Shown here: piece after piece, positions 34,467 through 42,770 of the stretch
Numbering within the stretch: position 1 is the first letter of the stretch
How the letters are laid out: each line of letters starts with the position of its first letter
Origin: a plasmid
Length of the DNA: 64,000 nucleotides
NCBI RefSeq assembly: GCF_988243305.1
Contig: NZ_OZ547139.1
Direction: 5' to 3' (one strand)
Position numbers and translations under genes: made by a program
The notes under the pieces: model-generated
The model's database searches: none
What the model was told of the DNA's origin: nothing
Seen by the model: the letters and a program-made list of their open reading frames with translations, nothing else

Positions 34467-34877
34467 TTAAGGAGACTCTTTCCCCTGTAAATTTTGCATC
34501 ACAAGCGCACCGTTCGGGCGCTGCAGGCGAATAATATCGTTCTGGCGAGCGTCTTTTTCCCGGATGATCCGCCAGGTTTCGGTGACGGCGCCGGCTGGCT
34601 GATACAGTCTGACCTTCACCTCGGAACGCTCTGCAGACAGCACAATGCAGCCTTTCTCATCTTGTGCAGCTGCGTGCCGGGCTTCATCTTTATCCCGCGG
34701 GCAGTCATCAAATCCTGATATTCGGACCGGATGGCCATCGATATCAACCTGATAGCCGGGCGAAATCACGGGCACGGGCTGTGGCACATTCGGGAAATAA
34801 TCAGCCAGATCACACCCTGTCAGGGCTACGGGCACAAGGCAGGCATACAGCATTAACATTCGGCGTGTGGTGATCAT
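34467..34877 (-). CDS. Lipoprotein of unknown function (136 aa)
   Basis: Lipobox VALTGC. Confidence 0.6.
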   Translation of the reverse strand: MITTRRMLMLYACLVPVALTGCDLADYFPNVPQPVPVISPGYQVDIDGHPVRISGFDDCPRDKDEARHAAAQDEKGCIVLSAERSEVKVRLYQPAGAVTETWRIIREKDARQNDIIRLQRPNGALVMQNLQGKESP

Positions 34878-34905
34878 AAAGGGTCCTCTCTGGTCGCCGC
34901 GGGCC

Positions 34906-35385
34906 TTATTTCACCTTCTCAACCAGCTGCAGTGAAGGATGCTCACCGGCCAGCAGTAACAGGAAATTGAATTCCCCGGTCTTGAGCTTTACGCCGCGCT
35001 GAGCAGCCTTTTCTTTGGTCTGCCATGACGCCGGTTTATAGCCAAACAGCGCTGCAATTTCAGCGTGCTTCAGCCCCAGCGCCAGACGCAGGCGGCGAAC
35101 GTCTTCGGCCGTGGCGGGATCTTTGACCATATCATCCGGACTGAATGCCCTGTTCAGGCGGTAATCAGGATGCACGCCGGCGATCAGCATCAGCATGTTA
35201 TATTCGCCTGGGCGAAGACTGGTCTTGTTGTACTGGCTGAGATCGTCGCTGATAGCTTCCTTACGCTGCCAGGCGCGCAGTTCGTACCCCATGACGGCCC
35301 CTAATGCGGTTTCAGTCATGCCCATTTTTTCCCGGAGCGTCTTCACTGTTTCCGGCTGCGGAACGACGCTAACCATCTTAATCAT
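34906..35385 (-). CDS. Tandem double-HTH DNA-binding protein (159 aa)
   Basis: Internal duplication: TLREKMGMTETALGAVMGYELRAWQRKE...GEYNMLMLIAGVHP versus RRLRLALGLKHAEIAALFGYKPASWQTKE...GEFNFLLLLAGEHP. Confidence 0.6.
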   Translation of the reverse strand: MIKMVSVVPQPETVKTLREKMGMTETALGAVMGYELRAWQRKEAISDDLSQYNKTSLRPGEYNMLMLIAGVHPDYRLNRAFSPDDMVKDPATAEDVRRLRLALGLKHAEIAALFGYKPASWQTKEKAAQRGVKLKTGEFNFLLLLAGEHPSLQLVEKVK

Positions 35386-35884
35386 TACCCTTCTCCCAGA
35401 AGTCTGAATTCAGAAAAATTTTCACCTGGCGTGTGCGGGGATAGTCCTGGTGCTTCAGCCCCTCCCGCGTGTCAGACAGGTACTGCGTTTCCTGCTGCAC
35501 CTTGTTGATTTTGCCATTCCATTTGCGGGCCAGCGCCCGGTAACTCCCGTTCTCCAGCTGATAAACTTCAAACGTATACTTGTTCGGACCGCTCCAGCCT
35601 TCGTTGTAATAGACCTGTTTCATAGGATCTGCCTGATCGATGCGCCCCGTAAACATGACATCCCGGCTGCATTGCCTGAACCAGTAACCGCGGGGCATAG
35701 CCGGTGGCCGGTCGCTTATTTCCCGTCTGGATAGCGTGCCGAAAGGCTGTGAGCGCAGGTGACAACCTGATCTCAGGTCAATCGGGCATGACGTGTTGTG
35801 CAGGGACCAGCGCCGCTGCCGCAGACAATGGCTCAGGGTGATCACAGGAACGACACGGGAAACGAACAGGGGGAATGATTGCAT
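35378..35884 (-). CDS. Leading-region protein of unknown function (168 aa)
   Basis: ATG 35884 follows cassette copy 12. The stop overlaps the next gene's start. Confidence 0.5.
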   Translation of the reverse strand: MQSFPLFVSRVVPVITLSHCLRQRRWSLHNTSCPIDLRSGCHLRSQPFGTLSRREISDRPPAMPRGYWFRQCSRDVMFTGRIDQADPMKQVYYNEGWSGPNKYTFEVYQLENGSYRALARKWNGKINKVQQETQYLSDTREGLKHQDYPRTRQVKIFLNSDFWEKGND

Positions 35885-35891
35885 GGTTTTA

Positions 35892-35961
35892 CTCCTTCGC
35901 CAGTCGGGGCGCTACCGAAAAATGAGCCTTGATAATACGACGAATGAGCCATATAAATCAA
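35892..35961 (-). promoter_or_regulatory. Leading-region cassette copy 12 (shortened UTR variant)
   Basis: TTGATT, 18 nt spacer, TATTAT, then ..cggtagcgccccgactggcgaaggag. Confidence 0.6.
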
Positions 35962-36001
35962 GTTAAAAATCAGGCGGCAGAGTTTCTGCCGCTGCTGTAG
36001 G

Positions 36002-36565
36002 TCAGTACCGTGGAGCCACGTCCTTTCCTTCGCCCCATAAACGGGAAAACTCGTTCACGTAGGCTTCAGTTACTGCAGGCGCGCCGCTGATCAGCACCAC
36101 ATTTTCCGCATTACGACTGTCTGCGCTGGCGCTGAAGTTAAACGAGCCGGTCAATACGGCGCGGCGGTCAAAGACCATGAATTTATCATGCATGGCCTCG
36201 TAGTTATCGTTGATCCGCACCGCCACGCGGTTATTGGCCAGAAAGTTCACTTCGGTGTACCGGTTGTCGTTCGCTTTGCGATCGGCCACCACCACCACCG
36301 ATACGCCCCGTTTTTTTGCGGCACGCAACGCGCCGGCAACAGGACGACTGGTCAGGCTGTACGCGGCAACCAGAATCTCATGCTGCGCGTGGTCGATTGA
36401 ATCCAGAACCAGATTTAATGCGGTCCCGCCGGGTGAAAACCCGGTTTTCACTTCAGTCGCAGCTTGCGCCTGGACATCGCCGGCAATATTGCCGGCCGCT
36501 GTTACCGGGTTTGCTGCCACGGCGCCGGCGATGAGGGTCAGGGTTAACAGCACATATTTTTTCAC
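36002..36565 (-). CDS. nuc: Nuc, PLD-family (HKD) periplasmic endonuclease
   Basis: Signal peptide plus HKD motif MHDKFMVFD...GSFNFS. Confidence 0.85.
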   Translation of the reverse strand: MKKYVLLTLTLIAGAVAANPVTAAGNIAGDVQAQAATEVKTGFSPGGTALNLVLDSIDHAQHEILVAAYSLTSRPVAGALRAAKKRGVSVVVVADRKANDNRYTEVNFLANNRVAVRINDNYEAMHDKFMVFDRRAVLTGSFNFSASADSRNAENVVLISGAPAVTEAYVNEFSRLWGEGKDVAPRY

Positions 36566-36574
36566 GCAGCCCCC

Positions 36575-37018
36575 TTAATCATCATCCGGGAACAGATGCT
36601 GGACGTTCTTACGGGTTTCTTCCAGATTCCTATCCTCCGGTGCGGCCGGTTCGGGAGTCACGGCGGGACTGTTTTCCGGCGCAGCGCCGCCTGCCGGCGA
36701 CACCGTATTGCTGCCACCGCCGGTGGCCTGCAGAAACGCCTCAACCAGGCGTGCCATCTCTCCTGTATCCTGCTGCGGCAGCGTACTGCTGATGATCCGC
36801 TGAATATCCTGCATCGAGGTGCTCTCCGTCAGAAATTCAGCGATCAGGAACGGCAGGCGTTCGTCTTGTTTCATCAACGCGGCACCACAGAGCATCATGG
36901 CGCGCATCGCGCGGCCACGCTCTTTCTGAGGCAGTTTCTCAAGAAAGCCGTCTGCTACCCGGTCCGCCGCATTGCGCTCCGGGTAGATATAAAACGAGCA
37001 CTTACGGTTATCAGTCAT
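36575..37018 (-). CDS. parR: ParR-like centromere-binding adaptor (147 aa)
   Basis: The N-terminus resembles R1 ParR (..LPQKERGRAMRAMMLCGAAL..). Lies directly after parM. Confidence 0.65.
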   Translation of the reverse strand: MTDNRKCSFYIYPERNAADRVADGFLEKLPQKERGRAMRAMMLCGAALMKQDERLPFLIAEFLTESTSMQDIQRIISSTLPQQDTGEMARLVEAFLQATGGGSNTVSPAGGAAPENSPAVTPEPAAPEDRNLEETRKNVQHLFPDDD

Positions 37019-37020
37019 AC

Positions 37021-37995
37021 TCAGCCCTTCATTGCCACCATACCCAGAACCAGATCGAACTGCGGGTTATCACTGACGAAGAAACGATCGTCACTCACCC
37101 CCGTTGCCTGCTTCACTGCGCCGGCGACCAGGCTGGCACCGCCACCGACCACCATGACGTGCGTGAAGCCGGCAAAGCGGCCAACTGAATCGGTGACACG
37201 GTGCGTCAGGGCTTTTTCCCGCTCATGCAGTACCTTCATCACCTGGGCCCGCTGGTCAGCATTCTGGAGGTAACGGGAAAGAAACGTTTCGTCATTTCGC
37301 GCCTGGATCAGACGGTCGGCAAAATACGAACTGGTACGGGTGCTCACGCTGGTATCCAGTGCATGTTTTACGGCTTCGGTGATGATGGATACGCCAGTTT
37401 TAGGATCGCAATGCGTCTTGGTGAAGCCGGACATTTTGCTGCGAACGTGCGCGATATCCAGCGTGGTTCCACCGATATCCACAATCAGCAGGGAGTCCAG
37501 ATCGTCCAGATCCTTCAGCACACTGAAGCCTGCAGGGACCGACTCTGGCAGTACGCTGACTTTACGCACGGTAAAGCTCTCACGCCCCTGAACGGCCACC
37601 GCACGCTTCACGTTCGCTTTTTTCCGCTCGATGTTGGCCATATTAGGCTGATCGTTTTCATCCAGGTACTCGCCCAGCGGCAGCGTCACCACAACATCAA
37701 CCGGCTGCGGTTCAATGCCGGACTGCATCAGGGCATGGTGGATAGCGACGACATTCACATCACTGTACTGATAGCGGGTTTCCGTGGTGCGCACGGCATC
37801 CGGGCTCAGCTGGTCAAAGCTGTACTTTTCCCCGTCAATTTCATAGTTGGCGGAAGCCGGCACCGATGAATCTGTCAGCAATGTCATGGACCATTCGGGC
37901 TTGAAGCTGTTCGGACTGATCAACGTTTTCACTGCGCCTTCTTCCATCCAGGCCAGTTTGATGTTGGTGGAACCGTCATCAACAAAAATACGCAT
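37021..37995 (-). CDS. parM: ParM/StbA actin-like segregation ATPase (324 aa from MRIFVDDGSTNIKL)
   Basis: Colinear with R1 ParM as remembered (FVDDGSTNIKL, ISPNSF, SDVNVVAIHHAL, DIGGTTLDI, HVMVVGGGA). The start is moved to ATG 37995. Confidence 0.85.
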   Translation of the reverse strand: MRIFVDDGSTNIKLAWMEEGAVKTLISPNSFKPEWSMTLLTDSSVPASANYEIDGEKYSFDQLSPDAVRTTETRYQYSDVNVVAIHHALMQSGIEPQPVDVVVTLPLGEYLDENDQPNMANIERKKANVKRAVAVQGRESFTVRKVSVLPESVPAGFSVLKDLDDLDSLLIVDIGGTTLDIAHVRSKMSGFTKTHCDPKTGVSIITEAVKHALDTSVSTRTSSYFADRLIQARNDETFLSRYLQNADQRAQVMKVLHEREKALTHRVTDSVGRFAGFTHVMVVGGGASLVAGAVKQATGVSDDRFFVSDNPQFDLVLGMVAMKG

Positions 37996-37999
37996 TTTG

Positions 38000-38145
38000 A
38001 ACCTCACATTGTTTAGAAAAAAACCGTAGAAATCAGGAAAAATACAGCTTTCAAATGGATTATTACGCATCTCTGCTGACGTGTAAAGACAAAAAGATGC
38101 ACCAATATAGAAAAATACAGAAAAATACCGAATAAAAATCAACAA
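38000..38145. promoter_or_regulatory. Candidate parC-like centromere/promoter region
   Basis: Repeated gaaaaataca(g)-type motifs (38035-38047, 38110-38140) upstream of parM. The repeat structure was not rigorously resolved. Confidence 0.35.
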
Positions 38146-38235
38146 AAGACGGTCAGACCGTCCTGAAAACGGTCTGACATAGAAAGAAAAGGGATTTATT
38201 TAGATTTATACGGAAATATCAGGGAGGGATACAGA

Positions 38236-38976
38236 TTATTCCGGGAGCGTTAAATGACTGTCTGGCAGGCTGAATCGGACGCCATACTGACGACCAACAT
38301 CGAGCGCAAACACGCGCGTGTAGGTTTCTGTGGTTTCCAGCCGGGAATGCCCGGCATAAGCCTGTACAACTTTCAGCGGAACCCCATGCTGGATCAGGTG
38401 CATACAGAAGCTGTGACGGAACGTGTGGCAGGTAACAGGGATACTAAAAGTGACAGAGTCACGTTTTGCGAGGTCCAGTGCCTTCCTGATCCAGTTACGC
38501 GGCGTGTTATCACTCTGCACCGGCCAGAGCAGCTGCTGTTTACCAATACGCAGGGTGGTCAGAAATTCACGCACCTTCCTGACATATTGAGGATCGGTCA
38601 GAGGAACAAGACGGAACACCTCTTCATCCTTGCCCGGCCTGCCGCGGCCACGCTGACGCTGTTTAAGCGTCTTCAGCCGGACAAACGGCCGGGAACCGTC
38701 AAGCTGAAAGCTGGCGCCGGTCAGCGCCAGCGCCTCATTAATACGCGCGCCCGTGTTCCAGAGGGTATCGAAAAGGACCTGCTGGCGCAGGTCTGGCACA
38801 TACCGCAGAAACACCGACACCTCCGGGGCCAGCAGGTATTTGGGTAAATCAGCCTGGCTGGCCATCTCCCGCAGCGCCAGCGCATCGGCATAATCGAAGT
38901 AGGCATATGTCACGCGCCCGGTCCCGATGGCGTCGCTACGTGAATTCTGGGAAATTTGCAGGGGGAAAGTGTTCAA
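38236..38976 (-). CDS. Tyrosine recombinase (XerD/ResD-like), probable multimer resolvase
   Basis: Catalytic-region motifs HTFRHSFCMHL and GHSRLETTETYTRV. Confidence 0.8.
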   Translation of the reverse strand: MNTFPLQISQNSRSDAIGTGRVTYAYFDYADALALREMASQADLPKYLLAPEVSVFLRYVPDLRQQVLFDTLWNTGARINEALALTGASFQLDGSRPFVRLKTLKQRQRGRGRPGKDEEVFRLVPLTDPQYVRKVREFLTTLRIGKQQLLWPVQSDNTPRNWIRKALDLAKRDSVTFSIPVTCHTFRHSFCMHLIQHGVPLKVVQAYAGHSRLETTETYTRVFALDVGRQYGVRFSLPDSHLTLPE

Positions 38977-38994
38977 TTTTTTAAAATCCGCTAA

Positions 38995-39243
38995 TCAGCC
39001 GTCAGGCGACTGAATTTTATGAAATTTCTCGCTGAATTCGACCGCATCCTGCATATCAAACGTCATACTGCGGGTGGAGGCGGTCGAGCTCCAGCTTTTC
39101 CCGCCTTCGATTCTGTAAGGGGGTAGGGTCAGTCCGCGTAAAGGCTTGTCATGCCGGGCTGCAAAAACCAGCTGCCCGGCAGATACTTTTAACATCATAG
39201 CAAACATATCCGCGCTGATTCGGCGGCCTTTCAATCCACTCAT
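38995..39243 (-). CDS. Unknown 82-aa protein, 5th gene of the Mrr-like operon
   Basis: ORF with a 4-nt start/stop overlap with the upstream gene. Confidence 0.5.
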   Translation of the reverse strand: MSGLKGRRISADMFAMMLKVSAGQLVFAARHDKPLRGLTLPPYRIEGGKSWSSTASTRSMTFDMQDAVEFSEKFHKIQSPDG

Positions 39244-39725
39244 AACAACCTGTAACTGAATCCTGTACCACGACTTTTGTTGTAAATCTGCTGACCAGAC
39301 TGACCTTCATCTTCACTGAATACCACCATACGGCGGCCGTTAGTCAGTGAATCCATTTTACGCTGTGCGCCATTATCGTCATAACGCACAGGCAGGCACG
39401 CACCTTTATGGCTGTTTTCACTCTCGACGCGGAACACCCTTACCCTGACGGCGTTCTTCCGCACCTGGTCAGGATCTTCACCACTGACCACGCCCGTCAG
39501 TTTCTGAAGCGTATCTGCCGGACTGCTGTACTCAGCCTGGCTGAGATAGCGGCCGTTCGGGGTTAACCAGAAATCCTGGCTGTCACTGACACGGTAGGTT
39601 TCGCCGTGGCTGGCGATGCCTGAGACGTTACAGAAGCGGTCATAATCGGTGGGCTGTCCGGGGAGCATGGCGCACCCTGTCAGCAGCAGTGCCGGCAGGG
39701 CGGCGACGTATCCTTTGAATTTCAT
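39240..39725 (-). CDS. Lipoprotein (161 aa), 4th gene of the operon
   Basis: Lipobox LLLTGC; overlaps its neighbours. Confidence 0.6.
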   Translation of the reverse strand: MKFKGYVAALPALLLTGCAMLPGQPTDYDRFCNVSGIASHGETYRVSDSQDFWLTPNGRYLSQAEYSSPADTLQKLTGVVSGEDPDQVRKNAVRVRVFRVESENSHKGACLPVRYDDNGAQRKMDSLTNGRRMVVFSEDEGQSGQQIYNKSRGTGFSYRLL

Positions 39726-40309
39726 GTTGTCTCCTGTTCAGGATGAACCATTTCGGTCGGTGGCCGGTATCCCGGATACGGGATAAACGGCGCATCGGTG
39801 GCAATAAGGTCTAGCAGCTTCTGGCCACTGACCAGGATCATGCGGCTGTCTCCGCGAATGAGCGATTTGGTGCCTTCGCGCGTTTTGCCGGTATGGCAGA
39901 AAAAACCGCGGGCACCGGTGGCGTTCAGCAGGTCGCTGAAGTCACGGACGTGGCCAACGGCAATATAGCTGGTATAGCGTTTGGCCTGGATAAGCCAGGT
40001 CTGGCCATCAATCTTCACACGGCCATCAATCCCGCCGTCACCGGTATACCGGCGGTTACGGATCACTTCAAAGCCCCGGCGTTCAAAGCCTTCAAGCAGC
40101 AGCTCTTCGAACACAAACGGGTCAATCTTGCGCAGATAGGCAATTTTCTGCCCGAAATGCGGAAACGTATTAATTTTATCGATCACACGTACCGCGCTGG
40201 CCTGTTTCCGTTCGTGCCGGCGCCGGCGTCGCCGTGTACCCTGCCAGAGGCCATACAGCAGGATACCCGCAAGGATAAAAGAGCCGACAACATGGATGGA
40301 CTCATTCAT
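39722..40309 (-). CDS. Membrane-anchored Mrr_cat-type restriction-endonuclease-fold protein (195 aa)
   Basis: N-terminal TM helix plus an Arg-rich stop-transfer segment, then FEELLLEGFERRGFEV...YTGDGGIDGRV...WLIQAKRY (PD-(D/E)xK Mrr-like core). Confidence 0.7.
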   Translation of the reverse strand: MNESIHVVGSFILAGILLYGLWQGTRRRRRRHERKQASAVRVIDKINTFPHFGQKIAYLRKIDPFVFEELLLEGFERRGFEVIRNRRYTGDGGIDGRVKIDGQTWLIQAKRYTSYIAVGHVRDFSDLLNATGARGFFCHTGKTREGTKSLIRGDSRMILVSGQKLLDLIATDAPFIPYPGYRPPTEMVHPEQETT

Positions 40310-40550
40310 TATCGATCCTCAGCACTTCATACTTCAGCTGCCGCAGCAGCCTGTCTTTGCTCATGGTTTTCAGGGTGGGCCATTCCGCTTTCAGCGTCAG
40401 CGCGACGGTGGCAAGTTGTATGGTCCGGGGTACTGTCTCACCGTCCTCATATTTTACCAGGCTGGTACGGCTGATACCGAGCTCAGCCGCGGCGCGTTCC
40501 TGGGTCCAGTTCAGGCCCCGTCGCCACAGGATCAAGTCAAAGCCGGTCAA
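40302..40550 (-). CDS. XRE-family HTH protein (82 aa), 2nd gene of the operon
   Basis: LNWTQERAAAELGISRTSLVKYEDGE. Confidence 0.7.
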   Translation of the reverse strand: MTGFDLILWRRGLNWTQERAAAELGISRTSLVKYEDGETVPRTIQLATVALTLKAEWPTLKTMSKDRLLRQLKYEVLRIDNE

Positions 40551-41008
40551 TCCGCCGCACTCCCATGCTCAGTGCCGGGCTTCGTGCCGGCGGGTACGGC
40601 CTCTTTCCCCTGTGCCTTTTTTTCCGCCGGGGCCGGGTAGGCCGAGGCCAGTTGTGCCCGGAAATCACGCCACGCTGACAGCCAGAGCGCATCAGATACC
40701 TGGTCAGACGACAGATTAAGGACCGCATTGCGGTCACGCCAGTGGCTAAATGTCTGAGCCGGAAGGCCGGCACGCCGGCGCAACTGCTGCTCGTCGAAAT
40801 AGGCACACTGAACCAGGAGGTGTCTGACGTTCTGCGGGACAACTTCATCTCTGGCCCCTTCCGGCACAGCCAGCATCCCGGCGCTGCATATACCCTGAAT
40901 GCCCGCCTCGGTATAAATCTGCTGCAGATTGGTATCATCAACCTGCGCAGCGCCGGCGGTGTGCGCCACAACCAGCATGATGCCGGCAATAAGTGGTTTC
41001 TTTATCAT
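40547..41008 (-). CDS. Exported protein of unknown function (153 aa), 1st gene of the operon
   Basis: Signal peptide MIKKPLIAGIMLVVAHTAGAA and an Ala/Pro/Lys-rich tail. Confidence 0.55.
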   Translation of the reverse strand: MIKKPLIAGIMLVVAHTAGAAQVDDTNLQQIYTEAGIQGICSAGMLAVPEGARDEVVPQNVRHLLVQCAYFDEQQLRRRAGLPAQTFSHWRDRNAVLNLSSDQVSDALWLSAWRDFRAQLASAYPAPAEKKAQGKEAVPAGTKPGTEHGSAAD

Positions 41009-41077
41009 GCGTACTCAGCTCCTGGCCGAATCCTGGTGGACTGGCCTGTTATAATCTGCCTGTATTTATAGCCTGAA

Positions 41078-41097
41078 AATGTTCATATTTGAACATT
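41078..41097. promoter_or_regulatory. Palindrome AATGTTCA-TATT-TGAACATT in a divergent intergenic region (copy 2 of 2)
   Basis: Perfect 8-bp arms; the core is identical to 26498-26513 in the inverse orientation. Confidence 0.45.
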
Positions 41098-41148
41098 TTT
41101 TATGTATATTAATTCGACAAATTCGTCATAAACACAACAGGAGACGCG

Positions 41149-41598
41149 ATGGATATCAACTACTACGATAAACATCAGGAAGAATTTGAGGCGGTCACGC
41201 TGGCGCTGAAAGCCAATCTGGAAGAAGTTTGGGGCAGCAGCCTGAAAAATCAGGGGGAAAGCCTGGATGATCAGGTGACGTATATGAAGCTATTTGAAGA
41301 GCTGCAATACAACCTCAATCCGTACTACTTCAAGGAGAACACCTCAGCAAAAGAGATGGATGAAGATAAAGTAGCGGCCTTTGTGGCCAGAACCCGCGAC
41401 TATAAGTACGGCATTACCATTAAATCCTGGCCGGGACTCCCGCAGAAATGGCTGAAAGGCCGAATCAAACCTCTTCATCCTGTGGAAGGCACAAACCTGT
41501 GCTGGATCGACACGTCCAACATTGTGCATATCGGTGCCGATAGGCAGTTTGACGATCAATATTACCTCACCGTGACCACACAGAACGGTCAGAGTTAC
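41149..41598 (+). pseudogene. Unknown backbone gene, 3'-truncated by IS26
   Basis: The reading frame runs into the IS26 terminal IR at 41599, so the last 8 codons of the ORF-track protein are IS26 sequence. Confidence 0.6.
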
Positions 41599-42418
41599 GG
41601 CACTGTTGCAAATAGTCGGTGGTGATAAACTTATCATCCCCTTTTGCTGATGGAGCTGCACATGAACCCATTCAAAGGCCGGCATTTTCAGCGTGACATC
41701 ATTCTGTGGGCCGTACGCTGGTACTGCAAATACGGCATCAGTTACCGTGAGCTGCAGGAGATGCTGGCTGAACGCGGAGTGAATGTCGATCACTCCACGA
41801 TTTACCGCTGGGTTCAGCGTTATGCGCCTGAAATGGAAAAACGGCTGCGCTGGTACTGGCGTAACCCTTCCGATCTTTGCCCGTGGCACATGGATGAAAC
41901 CTACGTGAAGGTCAATGGCCGCTGGGCGTATCTGTACCGGGCCGTCGACAGCCGGGGCCGCACTGTCGATTTTTATCTCTCCTCCCGTCGTAACAGCAAA
42001 GCTGCATACCGGTTTCTGGGTAAAATCCTCAACAACGTGAAGAAGTGGCAGATCCCGCGATTCATCAACACGGATAAAGCGCCCGCCTATGGTCGCGCGC
42101 TTGCTCTGCTCAAACGCGAAGGCCGGTGCCCGTCTGACGTTGAACACCGACAGATTAAGTACCGGAACAACGTGATTGAATGCGATCATGGCAAACTGAA
42201 ACGGATAATCGGCGCCACGCTGGGATTTAAATCCATGAAGACGGCTTACGCCACCATCAAAGGTATTGAGGTGATGCGTGCACTACGCAAAGGCCAGGCC
42301 TCAGCATTTTATTATGGTGATCCCCTGGGCGAAATGCGCCTGGTAAGCAGAGTTTTTGAAATGTAAGGCCTTTGAATAAGACAAAAGGCTGCCTCATCGC
42401 TAACTTTGCAACAGTGCC
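41599..42418 (+). mobile_element. IS26 copy 1 (820 bp)
   Basis: 14-bp terminal IRs ggcactgttgcaaa (41599-41612) and tttgcaacagtgcc (42405-42418) flank the tnp26 sequence. Confidence 0.95.
41662..42366 (+). CDS. tnpA: IS26 transposase Tnp26 (234 aa, reference-type G184)
   Basis: [34 protein letters not shown]... recognised as Tnp26. Confidence 0.95.
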   Translation: MNPFKGRHFQRDIILWAVRWYCKYGISYRELQEMLAERGVNVDHSTIYRWVQRYAPEMEKRLRWYWRNPSDLCPWHMDETYVKVNGRWAYLYRAVDSRGRTVDFYLSSRRNSKAAYRFLGKILNNVKKWQIPRFINTDKAPAYGRALALLKREGRCPSDVEHRQIKYRNNVIECDHGKLKRIIGATLGFKSMKTAYATIKGIEVMRALRKGQASAFYYGDPLGEMRLVSRVFEM

Positions 42419-42675
42419 CTAAATCGCTGGCGAAGCAACTGGCCCCTAAAGGGATCCGTGTAAATGCTGTCGCGCCTGGGCCGTACTGGACGGTATTGCA
42501 GTGCTGCGGCGGCCAACCACAGGAAAAAATTGAGAAATTTGGTGCAAATGCGCCGCTTGGTCGCCCTGGCCAACCGGTAGAAATTGCTCCGCTGTATGTC
42601 ACTTTAGCGGCTGAAGAGAACAGCTATACATCCGGTCAGGTATGGTGTTCTGACGGGGGGACCGGAACCCTCTGA
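42419..42675 (+). pseudogene. 3' fragment of a short-chain dehydrogenase/reductase gene cut by IS26
   Basis: The SDR C-terminal pattern GIRVNAVAPGP...ITGQ-like (YTSGQVWCSDGG) starts right at the IS26 boundary. Confidence 0.7.
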
Positions 42676-42770
42676 CGTTTATGCCCCCGAAGTCGAAACG
42701 TCTGAGGGGGAAAGCCAGCCCGGACAATATTGTATAAGGGCAGGGGGCGGCATATACCGCTCCCTGAACA

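Noticed and set aside
36596-37869. 225-aa and 222-aa plus-strand ORFs
   Set aside because: They are antisense to parR and parM, which show clear colinearity with R1 ParR/ParM. Their Arg/His-rich composition is typical of antisense frames in GC-rich DNA.
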